64,000 nucleotides of DNA from Albugo candida (Eukaryota). The translations under genes were made by a program, and so were the position numbers. The notes beneath the pieces are model-generated. The model searched no databases. It was not told the origin of the DNA and saw nothing but the letters and a program-made list of their open reading frames with translations. Below, piece after piece: positions 34,208-48,245 of this stretch. Numbering within the stretch: position 1 is the first letter of the stretch; each line of letters starts with the position of its first letter. The stretch lies in NCBI GenBank assembly GCA_040437565.1, contig JBDOQK010000011.1, positions 186,001 through 250,000 of the forward strand, in the 5' to 3' direction.

Positions 34208-37025
34208 TCAAAACATGTCTCTATCCGCTGATAAAATATGATGAACCGCTGCCTCAAATGTTGCCAGATAATAACCAGCTTCGCTATGTCGTTTCTCTGG
34301 ATCACACAAGCGATTCAGCAGCACCTGCGTCATCACTGGAGATTCCAAATTGCAATGTATTAGCACGTAAATGAAAATTGGTAAAAAGTCATCTCCGCTG
34401 AGCAGTTCTTCCTTCACGTTGGAAGGCCCGCTCGAGTGACATGACACTTCAGAATGAGAGTCTTGGTGATACCCATGAGAGTTGGCTTCATCCATAACTG
34501 ATGAAACAGCGTGTTCAGACCGATACAAATCATGGATTTGATGGGCACAAGTCACTAATCTGGCCATTTTATCCCAAGGCAAGAATGCTCCATCCATTTC
34601 TTTTATGGTCTGCACGGCCAATCTCCAGTTACTCGGAGACGTTTTACTTGAACTTATCCCAATAGACTCTTGTGATTGATTTCGTAATACCCGGAGACGC
34701 GATTGGAATTGTATTTCTTTGTCAGCTACCATCTTACGAAGCGCTTGGTTCAGGTCTTTCATGACCGAGACACATATTCGCTCTTCCAGTTCTGGTCGAA
34801 TAGAGTCTGATATAAATGCGTACAAGCGATCATTTCGAGTTTGTTGATCCAAACTGGCCAGAATATTCACGTACGAGTTGTTTCGTGATTTCAGCCTTCG
34901 CTTCGGCATATTGCTACTTTCGTTAGAAAACACTTGAATTACCATATTAGCTGGTGTCGTGTACAATTTGATTAGACGTTCGGCAAATTGCTTCATTTCC
35001 TGAAATCGATGTTCCAACATGTACTCCTGGAGTCCATCCAGTAGATCACCCATTTCGTTAAGTACATCGATGGAATGTTCATCACCAAGTTTTTGTAGTT
35101 TTTGTTCGAATCGAAGACATGCTTTACCTTCTGGTGAGGTGTTGTCGTTTACAGTGTGATAAACATATACCCGTAGCTGACGAGACAACTGATGAGTCCG
35201 TTTTGGGTGCATCATACTTTCAGCAGGGACTTGAAGAAACTGGTGCAATTCCTTGAGAGCAACTCCATGCAAGAAAGTCAACGGGGATGGTGTCACCAGA
35301 GTTGCTGCACTTCGAAGAAAACCTTCTAAAAGACGAGCCTGACTTTTCGCAAAACCATCGTTTGTGTTTCGTATTTGACTCAATCGCGAAGCTAATGAAA
35401 TCTCACGTATGCGTTGTGATATCTTGCAAAGCTACATATGAACCGTGATCATTTGTAAGCGACTCATTACATATTCTCCACTGACCTTTCGGTACAACTT
35501 CAAAATATCTTTCTGACGCTTTGTCGTGAACCAGACAATCCCTGTTTCGATATCAACGATCCGGATGAGATACTCCTAAATATCCGAAATGATGAATGGT
35601 CAGAATTAGTGACCTAGCATGTTGTCTTGCCGTTGGTCGCGCATTTCTAAATTCGGGCTTGCCAACTTGTTCGTGAACCAGACGAATCGATAGACCCTGC
35701 CGGATATCTACAATAAAAAGCTGCAGCAATGAAATGAAGACTCGAGCTTGAATCATACTTTTGCATTTAAGAATGAGAAGATGCCATTCATGATCAGAAA
35801 TCAATCTGTCCGTTTTCGTGGTATTGTCAATGAGCTACGCATAATATGTGAGTTTGTGTATGTCGACAGCATATAGCTAAAGTACCATCCTTGAAGGCTG
35901 AATGAGCGGAAGAGTATACGAGCGGAGTGTATCTAGTTCCTGACTCGATATAACGCCATTGCGATAGATCTCGCTTGCTTTGGAAAGTAGTTCGAAGGCT
36001 AAATGAGGCTCACGATGCTGTATACGCTTCTCTGCGTCCGTCAGATTCAGTCGACTTCTCTGGAAGAAATTGAAAATTATTGAATGAATCCACAGCGCTT
36101 GGTGATCAGTATTACCTTGATAACGTCAATACTTGAAGTATCCATAATACTTGGACGCACATTACGAAGCTCGGGTGGAATGAACATTTGATTGACAGAA
36201 TCGGAGACAAACTGACGCTTGGCAACGAGTTGATCAGCGTTCAAGACAGGGTGCACTACTTCTTCATCCACATCGCCCACGTCGCCAGTGTACACTCTGC
36301 CAAATAGCGTTCCATCATCTTCCGCTAATGAATCAGATCTCTCGGGAATATTGGCTTTTCTCTCATGGCTCTCATCCCTTTCTATAGCCTGATCGTCTCC
36401 AGATATGGCACTTGTGACGTCGTCAGACTCAAAAGCGGAATCCTTACAGACACTTCTTTTCAACTCCTCCGTCCCGTCATCAGATGTGGCTCCGTCTTCG
36501 TCGTCATTGTCTATATCGTCAATACATTCCGTTGGTAGCTGTCATTATTTATCTTCAGTATTGTTTATAATATCAAAAGAAGAAGAGCAGCATCATAACC
36601 TGCAAGAAGTCAATTGGCAATAAATTTCCCTCTGTCGCGTCAAACATGGACTCGTGGTAATTTGTGACCTCATCTTGCATCTCATCTGTGATACACGATT
36701 GTGTTTCATTCATTCTCAGTATTGCGGCAATTGTATTCTCCATTACAAACTCGTGCGCTTCGAAAACAAGCTTTAAAGGTTCCAACTCCCATGCTGGAAA
36801 CATCGATTGCAGAAGTTTTATTCCGCGACGGAAAGTATTTTGATTCGACCTCTTTGAGAATGATGTTGCGGTTACTCCAGTTGATGAGCGCGACACTGAG
36901 GGTGGTGATTCCAAGACCTCAAATGATTCTCGATTTCCTCGGCGTTTACTGAATAAATCGCTAATATCACGGCGAAAGGATCGTTTAGTACGCTCTGAGT
37001 TGGTATTATTGATACTGGAGCGCAT
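34208..37025 (-). CDS. CUE + PH-like + VPS9 domain protein (Rab5-family GEF), multi-exon
   Basis: CUE: IKLLQSMFPAWELEPLKLVFEAHEFVMENTIAAILRM. VPS9: LPWDKMARL, LSGDDFLPIFIYVLI, EAGYYLATFEAAVHHI. The middle exons look PH-like, with weaker support. Confidence 0.8.
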
Positions 37026-37256
37026 TTCTTTTCACAGAAACACACTTGAATGGATATAATACGATGAATATGCAGCAGATTGAGTGCAAAAGACAAATTT
37101 GAGTACTAGAACTCTAAACACATTGCGCGCTGAAGAATTTGTCTCTTATAATAACGGATAGCAGCTACATAACTGCAATGATGTCATTTTAAGGCGCATT
37201 TACTGTTAGGTTTGAATATTCGCCAGTAACGCAGTTTGTCGACATACGATTTAGTG

Positions 37257-38912
37257 ATGCAGTCATCCACGCTAGAAGAAGCTTCGCTTCAGTCCAAAAT
37301 CCAAGCCATGAAAAACCTTCTTCAAATTCAAGATAAGAGGATCTTTTCAGATGAGAAATCTCACTCTATAAATCGAAACAGGAGCACAGAAAGATCGCTT
37401 ATGGGGTTCCGACGGAATCAGTCGATAAAGCATCATGGGCAGTTCTCAAGGAATCATGCGGTATATCAAGCAAAAACCAGCAATCGAACATGGTCAAGGT
37501 TTGGGTTGATCATTAACAAAGGGAATAAATTTACGCATAGCGGTTCGTTTGAAATGAAGAAACCAATGTGGAACAAAGGGGCTTCTTCGAAACACTTTGT
37601 AAGACTGGTAGCAGTTCATGTTCTTTCTCGTTTCAGATATGCCTTTGTAGTTGAACTTTTCCAATAAAAACTTGCGATCCATCTCATCCAAGTAAGGGGC
37701 ATCCATTATGGCTTTTGGATTTCTAACAAATTTTATTGTTTTTATCAGTAGTAAAAAAAAAGCGAGTTGTAATACTATGGAAAAGCTTCAGCTGGATGGA
37801 AGTGTATATGCAAAACGAAATGGTGGCTTCAGTTTAATTCGGTCTGGTGGGCCCAGTCATATCTTTCCATCGAATGTTTCACAAGCCAGGCTCTTACCTA
37901 CAAATAATTTTAAGCTACCACTACGATCTAGACCTTATACAAAAGATAACGTCATTCGACGAAGTCGTGTTGTATCATTCAAGCAATCATACGCTCGAGT
38001 CGCACCATACTTCAAGCACAAGCCCATCGGAGCTACTCGGTGAGTACACATAATCAAACTCTTCCCCATATTGACTGTTATGCCCTGTACTCACCAGTCA
38101 TGTGGCTCAAGCCGCGGTTGATCGTGCTCGACTTGCAAAAGCAAAACAGACGCTTGTTCGGACCGAATACTGCCTTTTTTACAATCGATTTGGTGAGTTA
38201 CTTCTTGAGAATTCTTCAGTATTGTACGGTCCATCTCCCTTATAGGCTGCTGCAACAAGAAGAATTCTTGCAAGTATATCCATGACAGTCGAAAAATTGC
38301 AGTATGTCCGAAATTCTTGAAGGGAGGCTGTGACAACCCCAAGTGCCTTTTATCTCACAAGCATGACCAGGTTGCTATCTCGATGTTACTTTGCTTACTT
38401 GGGCGTTCTTGATTGTCGAACAATTTCGTTGTTTGTAGAACAAAATGCCAGTTTGCAAGCTTTTTTTGCGCGGTACTTGCACGCGTGAAGGCTGCAAATA
38501 CCGTCATATAAAAGTCAGCTCAAATGCTGGTATTTGTCCAGCATTTCTCAAGGGATACTGTCCTTTGCAATCCGAATGCTGCCTCAAGCATGAGTTACCG
38601 ACAAAAAAGCGCACATTGCGCTCCATTTCAAATGGTAAATTTTCGGCCGCGAAGAATTCTGAAAGCATGGAAGGTACAACAGGTACGTCTGCAGGCCATT
38701 TAGACACCTTTACACATTCAGAGCACGCAGGATGCGATTCAAAAGATTGCAAGGTATCTACAGCCACCTCATTTCTCGTAGAAAAGAGTACTATCAAGAA
38801 CAAGGAATCCCCTTCAGGACTGGTAATTCGCCCTAATTTAGAAATGGCGGCCAAAAGGCAGAAAGTCGAGTTGTTTCCCTTAGCGTTGCGGGAGCAACAT
38901 CAAAGCCGATAG
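37257..38912 (+). CDS. Multi-CCCH zinc finger protein (ZC3H3-like), multi-exon
   Basis: Tandem fingers: YCLFYNRF.CCNKKNSCKYIH, VCPKFLKGGCDNPKCLLSH, MPVCKLFLRGTCTREGCKYRH, ICPAFLKGYCPLQSECCLKH. Confidence 0.8.
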
Positions 38913-39002
38913 CGCACATTAACTAGCGACATTCGAGTAACTTTGTTCTAATATGAGTCGGTTAAGTGTTGAAATCAAGTATCGCATGCAGCATCGTGAG
39001 CA

Positions 39003-41267
39003 ATGGTGAGTCCCTTTTTCCCGCGTCAATTGTACCAAGCATCCTGAATCTATTCCTATGAATGATGGCACAGGATGAGTTGGAAAGACTGATGCCTCGC
39101 ACCACGTAAATATTCTGACGAACCTATCGTTTTATTGCATAAACTCTATTTTTGTGTGACTCAGTGCAGCTAACGAAGCTTCCAAGATCGATTCTGCTAA
39201 AGTACGCGAGTACTTTCAAGCATCTGATGTAAGATAGCTTCACTAATTGCTTGGATAACATATTTTACTACGTGTTACTTTACAAGCCTGTTAGTAAAGT
39301 GGTAGCGAAACAATCGAAGAAAACGATACGAAAAGATGAACAAGGTTTTGAAGATATTGACGAGTTCTGGGTCGATGGGGATGAGACAGATGGAAGAAGT
39401 AGAGATAATACGGAAGCTGATACAACTTTGAACAGTAGAGCATTTCTTAAGTCTATTGAGTGCTTTGTCTGAGGTTGCGATTGAGCGAATAGGCAGCTTA
39501 GCATCAGCTGAGGGTCTCCCTGTAAATGCAAAAGCGATACTTTCAGAGAATTCTTTTGATCTGGGTGAGCGCGATAGTGGATCAAACACGCATGAGGTCG
39601 ATTTTGGCGGGCTTTCGGATGACAATATTGGCAATAGTATTGAGCTAGCCGTCTCCAAACAAACAGATCCGAATGTCTCCTTCAGTCGTCATAAGGATGA
39701 GGATCCAGCAAACAACAAAGACTCAGTGCCCACAAAACCTCAAGGATCTCGATCGCCTGATACTGGCGTAATGAGTGAGGCAAAATCAAACAAGAAATCA
39801 ACTCCAAGCACAAGGAAAAAATCGAAAGGTAGAGAGGATCCGGGCGAGAGTCGTTTGAACGTATTAAATGTTTGTAGGAGCGCGTTCTGAGAGAAAAAAT
39901 GTCAAAAATTCCGCTGTGTCATCAAAAAAAGGAAATCCCAGCAATAGTCCAGCTGCATTTAGCATGGTCGGTAGCCCTTTTTCGGTCAATGAAGCGCCAG
40001 TTACACCAGGGTCCAATGGTATGTGCTCGCTAGTGAGGAGTTCTCTTCTGCAAAGCTCATAGTATGTGTTTTTTGTTCTCTAGCCAGTCAACGAGATATC
40101 AAGCTGCTCAAACCTTTCTCGGAATTGGAATCTCCTCCTATACAAACAAAATTATTTTCTACAGGAACCAAAGCATCAATCTCCAAACTGTCTACAGACA
40201 ATAAACAAAAGAAAACTCAGAAGCTTGCAGAAATGAGCACTCCCAGCAAGACCAGCATGACGAAAAAGAAAGCTGTATATAGAGACACTCCACCTGGAAC
40301 GGATACATCTGCGGATCTCGTGCATACTGATAATGACAGCACGTTCCGCATTACCGACATGGACTCTGAACGAGATCAGTCGTATCTGGATGAAAACAGC
40401 AAAGGCGTTCTTGACTTGTCACATGCCCAGGATGTGTTGCGTGACCGGGCACGACGAGCTTCCTCGGATGGACTTCGGCGCTCAGGAAGAAAACGATACA
40501 AACCTCTGGCATGGTATAAAGGCGAGCACTATGTTTTTGAACGTCGTCAATCGGGTATTGGATGTGTAATTCCAACGGTTGTGGGAGTAGAACGTGCTGG
40601 TACGCATACACCTTCAAAATTGGAAGAAAACGGTAGTAAATCATCTCGTCCTACGCGTAAACCTCGCCAACCTCGAACCAAACTCAAACCATTTCCAAGA
40701 GAAAAGCTACCAAAAGAATTTACGTATCAAGACAACGAATGGGCTGAGATCTATGACCACACTGCCGATTGTCTGAATCGCATGAACATCATCTGTCGTG
40801 CGAATGAAATCGAACATCGTCAATTACCACCTTCAGAAGGACAAACAATTGCGGGATTTGCGGGTCAAAGCTTCAATTTGAACACAAGCATTCCATATTC
40901 GCGGTGGATTTCTGGTCGATTGCTTCTTCCTCCGGGTGCCAGTAAAGAGGCTGAAAGTGTTGGTGAAGCTGTGCAAATATTTTACGTGCAAAATACACAA
41001 CCTGATGCTCTCGAAGTGGCATATACTCCAGCAATTAGCAAGTCAAAAGGAGAGACCGAACCAGTCGATTACTTTGACTTGGAGAAAGCCACTCGCTTCC
41101 TACTGAGATTGGGTGATGAATTCTATATCCCCACACGCAACGCTTATTATCTCAAAAACCATTCGGAAACAGTGGAAGCCGAGCTTCGATTTTTGATACT
41201 TCGAGCGAATACGTACAAATCTGATCAGCAAAATGCTGTTCCCGATACGAAGGAGACAAGCGCGTAG
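39003..41267 (+). CDS. CENPC: Centromere protein C (Mif2), multi-exon
   Basis: N-terminal KDEQGFEDIDEFW; CENP-C motif GLRRSGRKRYKPLAWYKGEHYVF; C-terminal cupin SGRLLLPPGASKEAE...GDEFYIPTRNAYYLKN. The start is approximate. Confidence 0.85.
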
Positions 41268-41529
41268 TAGAACACGTAGCAAATAGGAAGACTCCTTTTG
41301 CCCAAATGTGGATAACTATGATGATAAAGCGAAAATCTCAGATATGCGGTCTTACGCGCCCATTGATACTGCAATCGCAAAGGTTCATATCGCTTGATTC
41401 ACGTATGATCAGGCGGGTCTCAGTAATAAGCGTTTAACGTGCACTGCTGAACGAATATCCGCAATAAAATCGGTGTGGCTTACTGCTTTCTACTGCTTAA
41501 ATACGTACCATATTCGGGTAAATCAATTG

Positions 41530-42998
41530 ATGGAGATAGCTGTCGAAGACGCCGAGTCTCTATCGTATCATCGATTCTGCAAGCAGTACATGGAGAAAAA
41601 CCGACCTGTTCGGATCAAGAACATTACAAAAGGATGGTCGAGTTCCTTGTATTGGAAAACCGCAAAAGGAAGCCTTAATTTTCAGTATTTGCGTGCGATA
41701 TACGGCGATGAAATGGTTCCGGTGTGTGATTTTGCAAATATCGCCATAGTAGCTAAAGATATGAAAAAGCAGGTTGTACAAGGTCGAGCACACGCCCATG
41801 AATCTCATACGCGGACTTTAGTGAATTTCAGAGAATATCTTCAGCAAGTCGAATCACAAACGGCTGGGCTGACATACTTGAAGGATTGGCATTTTCATCA
41901 GTGCTGCCAAAAAAGAGGCTTCAAACCAGAATACACGTATGTCAAATCGAGGCAATGTGAGGTGCCAAGGTTGACGTGTATCCTGCAAGAACGCCGATAT
42001 ACTTCCAGGACGATTGGCTCAATTGGTAGGCAACGTTTGCTCTCTACAACAAGGCATCGCATGACAGGTTGTAGGTGGTCCAATCGAAAGGAGATGCTGA
42101 ATCACAGAACCGATGACTACCGATTTCTGTATTTTGGTACGCCCAGCCATTTGGATCAAACGGCCCAGGCTCTTCTATACCTTTAGGACCGGCCGGAACT
42201 TGGACACCAATGCACTACGACGTGCTCTGCTCTTTCAGGTACTCCATTACAAAACATTGTGCTTTGCTGAGGTTGTCAAAAGCTGGTCAGTCAACATTTG
42301 CGGACGAAAAAAATGGCTGCTTTTCGCGCCAGAGGATGTAAACTCGAAACTTGCTTTTATGTACAATTCTCATCTGCATCCTTCCAGGCGAATAATCTCA
42401 AGGACCGATTCGGTCAACAAGTCATTCCTGACTTTACTGCGACTGAAATCGACCCATTAACTTATCCCAACATTAGGGCAGCCCGTCCATTGGAAGCCAT
42501 TCAAGTTTGCCAGATTGAGAGCACATAACATCCGACTCCCTCACTCTATTTCATAGGAGCAAGATGAAGCCATATTCGTTCCAAGCGGCTGGTATCACCA
42601 AGTGACCAATTTGACGACAACCATTTCAATCAATCATAATTGGTTCAACGGTTTCAATCTTCATCACGTATGGGCTTTTCTTCAAAACGAGATCAAGGCC
42701 ATTGAGCATGAGCTAAACCATCTCAAATGTCCACTCGGAAGTTGGACCGATGCTGAATTCCGATCGGAATGCCAGAAGCTGCTACAGTTGAATTCCCGAA
42801 TGAATTATACAGAGCTCTTCACGTTGCTGAAAGCAAAAGAGCATCAACTTGAAGCTGAAAGTGTCCACAGCGCTCCCTATGGTAAAGCGCATATGATCAA
42901 GGTACATGCAAACCATACGAGTCGCAATAAAGTCTCACAGAAAATAGCTTCGTGAGATCTGTAGGCAGCTTGAAGAGTATGGAATTCATAAAGACTAG
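41530..42998 (+). CDS. JMJD4: JmjC-domain 2-oxoglutarate oxygenase, JMJD4-like, multi-exon
   Basis: YLKDWHF; FQDDWLN; DDYRFLYFG; TWTPMHYDV..SWSVNICGRKKW; FVPSGWYHQVTNL..TISINHNWFN. Confidence 0.88.
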
Positions 42999-43011
42999 CT
43001 GGTCCACATGG

Positions 43012-45553
43012 TCACAACGACCCGATCTTGAGTCCAGAATGCATCGATGTACAGTGTATACACATGTCCTCGGCCGTGTGATGAAGAGTGCAAAAGAAGC
43101 CTTCGCAGTGCCGACACACTGAAGGTTGAGAGAAAAAGGTAAATACGTAGTGACAACCTCGAGCATTGCAGTACCAATCCGGTCGTTGTGGAACCTCGAT
43201 AAACGTCGATTTGCAGGAATTGATTCCTTCCGAGATGCTTGTGATTGAGCGTTCCGAAACAGAGATATCGCTGAATCGATTCCATACCAACAATACTGCT
43301 TCCAGTAAGCTTTCACGTTGGCTGTACACAAAGCTACTGTTACTTTGTGAGTCGATCAGGTCATGCACTGAAAAGGATCGTTTGAGATGAGAATCCTTTG
43401 ATAAACGCTTTGCTGATAGCCAAGAAATGCCACTGCTTTGAGCGCGATCTCGATTTTGTGCGAGTGTCGCAACCGACGCATTCCTCGGCGATTGTATGAG
43501 AGTGAGCGACGACGTATCAGAGGTACTGGTCGTGCGTGGAGTTGAGCATTCCTCTTCCTCGGTTTTCTGTACATCAGTGATCAATTTCCATTTACCATTT
43601 GTGCACGGGGATTCAGGTGTCCATGCTGCATCACGTTGATGCTTCAAGTCGTGCATGGAGATAACAACGCATTCATGGCGATCCATACAAGTGAGCGATT
43701 CCTTTGCTTCTCGATGACTGCGACAATATGTAAGCTTGCACTTGTTGCATCTTCCTTTCGATCGAAACAATCGATCCACTCTTCTATTGCAGTAAATGCA
43801 GACGTCTCCACCAAGAACCAGCTGAGCGGCCTGTGTATCTCGAAAGGTCCAATTCACACACATCTCTAGAGGAGTCAGACCATCTTTTCGACCGGTCCAA
43901 CATCCTCCTCGTGCATTTGTATTGGCACCGTGCGAAAGTAAGAGTCGAATGCAATCCGGTTCATTCCGAAGAACGCCAATATGTAATGGATTGAGCTTGC
44001 AATCATCAGCGTAGTCCACCTGTGCTCCCCACTCTAGAATCGCATACTTGGCGACTGGTGCTTGACCAAACCAAATAGCGTGATGTAACACCTCATTAGC
44101 GACAACCTGTCCATGAAAATGGGTTCGATTTTGTCGTATCCGTCTTTCAAACCATTGCTGTAACTCAGCTAAACTGCCACTTTCGATGAGATGCAAGATT
44201 TCGGGTGCGAGTGTTCGATGTTGGTCGAATGGCCTCGGAGGTCGACAGGATCCCGAATTTGCTTCTTGAACGACATGCATCTTTGAGTGTTTGTTCGCTA
44301 AGAATGTAAGGACATCGCATTCTATTTGGTCCGTTGTGTCGATACTGAGTGCTCGAAATACGGCTTGATACGGATCAATTTTGCGCACTAGAGGTTTGAA
44401 ATCCCGGAGAAAATCTTCAAAGTTCATGCAAAGCAGCTTGTCTTCAAGAAGCTACAAAGTCTCGTTATTTCGCGCAGGGAATTGTTTTGTGATGAAATAC
44501 CTCCAAAATACCGAGTCCCATGCGCAAAAATATATCCCGGACACCGGCCAAAAACATGTCCAAAATGGCGCATGCGAGTTCCAATTTCGTCGACAATGAA
44601 AACTAAATGCTCGTTTTTCAGTACACTGCTGCCGATAACGATGTGAAATAAGCCTACCAGTGTCGTAAACCATTCGATACCGTACATAGGAATGGAGAAT
44701 CCCTGTGAGACCAAATGCTGATGAATCTTGGGTAATCTCCTCATAAGCAACCGATCAAATTGTTGAAAGTAGTCGTCCAAGAAGCTGCATGTGGGGTGAT
44801 ACATCTTTAAAAAAAAGTTGAGACTTGGAACTGAATGATCGCCAAAAATCACGTACTCGTGCGAGATGTCGTTTGCGCAAAAGATAGTGAAAGAGTGCAT
44901 ACGCATCTGCTTCCTCAAGTCCTTCGACGAAAAACATCGCAACGATAAAGTTCATTCCTTGGCAATATCCGCCTTCTGTATAAGCAATTGCATTAAGCAC
45001 TCGAAAGAGAGCTTGCTGCCTTGTTTTCGTATTGTATGCTTCTAAGAGAACTTGTGGTGTAGATATCGATGCTAATGGTTCCGCTTGTGCGTTGGGATTC
45101 GGACACTCAAATATGCAAAATGTGCGAGTGACATCACGTCGGATAGTCGCAGAATGCGAGTATTCAGCTTCTGAAATCTAAAGAGAAATTCAGCTCAATT
45201 CGCACTCACAAAATGAGTAAAAATCGTACCAAATAATAAATTTCTCGATGACGGCGTATAAAATCTTGTGGGATTTCTTTCATTTGCATCCAACAGACTC
45301 CATGAGCCAGTGCTAAAATTGAGTTACGATCATCTCTTTGATCCTCAAAGTTGTAGTGCTTGACGACCTGACTCCAAAATATATTTCGCCTGCGTTTCAA
45401 ATTTGGCTCTGAATAACGCACTGAGGCTTCCGGAGAAAATGGTAAGGGACTGGATGAGGAAGAAGACGTCCACGAGAGCCATGTTGTGATTTTGTATCTT
45501 TGTTGATTGTCCTCATAGGGATGGACACATTTGTTGTCATGAATGAGTCGCAT
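43012..45553 (-). CDS. Rab-GAP TBC domain + ankyrin repeats + two Cys/His zinc-finger-like (FYVE/AN1-like) modules, multi-exon
   Basis: IRRDVTRTF; VLNAIAYTEGGYCQGMNFIVAMF; MYGIEWFTTL; ankyrin LHHAIWFGQ and NPLHIGVLRN; CIYC..RCNKCKLTYCRSH; WYCNARGC..VCRHCEGFFCTLH..CIHC. Confidence 0.85.
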
Positions 45554-45810
45554 TCGCAATTATCTCAGCCAATATAAGTCGAATATGGATCTTGGTGACC
45601 GGATCAGCAAGTCGTGATGATGAGTGTACGTCAAAATGGATTGGTGTTTGTGTATTTTTGGCCGCTTTTTGAGCTTCTAATTCCAGATGCGCGTAGAAAA
45701 TTGGCGATCTCTTCAGTTACGCTCTTGATGCAAATTACGTCCAATTGAATCAACACATGTGATAAATTCGATGATTGGATGAAATAAAGTTTGGTATCAT
45801 TAAACAAAGG

Positions 45811-48245
45811 ATGCGTGCTTCTCAATCTATCTCTAATGCGGAAGGCGCTGTAGACGTCACGATAGAAAATCCTAAAAACGAACTGACTGAGTCAAACGAT
45901 ACGGCTGCAGATAGACACGTTACAAACCCTCAAAAGGTTCCTTTGAAACCACAGACTGTACATATCGAAGTGTTGGGCGATGAAAAAGTTGGCAAAACTT
46001 CGTTGATCTGCTCGCTAGTGTCTCGTCACTTTAACGAAAGGGTCCCGCCAACACTTTTGAATGTGCAAATTCCAGCAGAAGAGAGCGATGAAGATGTAGT
46101 CATCTCCATCACCGATACATCGTGTACGCTTTTGCTTTTAACTAATTCGATCTCTTACTGCTATTGCGTTACCTAGCTACTAAACCAGTTATGCAACGTG
46201 TCACGGATGCTACAAGACGAAGTGACGCTATACTTCTCGTCTATGACCTTACGCGTTTAGAAACTTTCCATCGCGTTCAGCGTTGGCTTGATTTGATTGC
46301 CAAACAAAAACCAGTTGCGGTGGTGCTAGTTGCCAATAAAGCGGATCTTTTCGGCTCGATACAAAGAATTCATGGCTCATACGCCAATCAAATACGACAT
46401 ATCTACGATAAATACGAGGTCGATATCTAAAAACGGGATTTTTTACAAGTGAATGCTAATTAGCTTTGTAGTTTGTGGTCGCTACCGTCGAATGCTCCAC
46501 CAAGGTTTTTGCAGAAGTTGCCCGAGCATTCTACCTTGCACAGAAAGCTGTCCTTTATCCCAGAGAACCTCTTTACAACAGCAAAGAAATGGTGGGATGC
46601 TTACAATACTAGAATGCTAGGAACATTCACACCTGATCCGGACTTCTGCGTAGAAATTTCAACCAAAATGTGTCAGAGCTATCAAGCGGGTGTTTCGTTT
46701 GTATAATCGCGCAGGTAACGGAATCATGACCCGGGAGGAGCTTAATGACTACCAGCAAGACTGTTTTGGCGTCCGATTGCTGCCCGAAGAACTGGACACG
46801 TTGATGGAATATTTATCTACTACGATATCGTCCGGAGTGACACAAGATAGTCGTGGTTTGTATTTAGAAGGATTTCTTTATCTTTGGAAATTGTTTATTG
46901 AACGCAATCGACCAGAATCTTGCTGGCAAGTATTACGAAGCTTGGGATACTCGAACAATTTGATACTGGAGATTCCCGCTGATAGAATCTCTGTACCAGC
47001 ACACGAAGACAATCAAACCGCAAAGCTGAGTATTACAGCGACGGAATACTTGACTCGTTTATTTAGCCAATTTGATGTCGACAGAGATGGGTATCTGAGT
47101 GAGGATGAACTGGCGGATATTTTCTCAATCGTCGATGACCCACAACCGCCGTGGTTGTGTCAGCCAAATCAAAAGCTCTTATTTGAGACAACAATTGTGC
47201 ATGGGAAAAATGCCATTTCACTCAAAACATGGCTTGCATGCTGGCTTGCAGTCGCACAAGAGAATCCTCAGCAACTTCTCAGAATTTTATTCTATCTTGG
47301 GTATGATGATAAAGAGGCTCCTGCACTCGAATACGCAAAGCGATTTTCCAAGCATGATTCGCAAATAGTTAGATGCATTGTAGTTGGCGGTACACGATCC
47401 GATCGACTACGTTTTCTGCGACCACTTGTCGGCAAACAATTAACTTCTCTGCCTGTTGAGGAATCATCCAGCGAATCAAACTCCGCGGACGCAAATGCTT
47501 TAAAAATATCATTATCTGATGTCAAAAATGACACCTTGGCTGATATCGACACAACAGCGGTATTGCAAGCAGTCAACGAGATAGATACTGATCGAGATGG
47601 TAAAACGTTTCTCCTGGTGAGTCTTTAACCTTCGATTGGGTCGGCTATATCTTATCCGGTATTTTCTAGATAAGTGAAGCTAAAGAACAATTTGGCAGCA
47701 TGGCGTCTGACGAAATTGAAAAAAAAGCCGACATTATCTGTTTCCTGTACAATCCGACCACAAAAGATGCAGCAATACGGATTTCCGATATGGACATGAC
47801 GCTTGATTCCAGTATTGCACGGCAGTATATAATGATTCGCCCAGACAATGCGACAGATGACGAATGGCGTAGCAATATAATTCATATAGAGCACCCGTCA
47901 CAGAAGTATAGATGGCAGCCTTTTGATCCAGCTAATCCAGAAGACGCATACAAAAAACTAGTTCGAAACGCACAGCAAACGTACGTAATGCTCAGTATTC
48001 GAATGCTAACTTCAGAACGCTTACACGCAAATGTTTTTGAAAGGAGGCCTACATCGTCATCTTCATGGTCCCATCCTATTGTCTCATTGATTGCAGTGGG
48101 TGTGATCACAACGGTCGGATTCCTCATGTATAGACGTCCTGGCGTAGCGGAAATTTGGCTTGCAAAATTATCTCCTGCCATAACAGAGCTCCTTCTCCGG
48201 ACGCGCCTTTATCATCCGCCAGCAAAATTCGATAAAAATAACTAA
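45811..48245 (+). CDS. RHOT: Mitochondrial Rho GTPase (Miro/Gem1), multi-exon
   Basis: VLGDEKVGKTSLICSLVSRHF; VVLVANKADL; AQKAVLYP; ELNDYQQDCFG; FIERNRPESCWQVLRSLGY; EF-hand DVDRDGYLSEDEL; C-terminal transmembrane segment. Confidence 0.92.
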
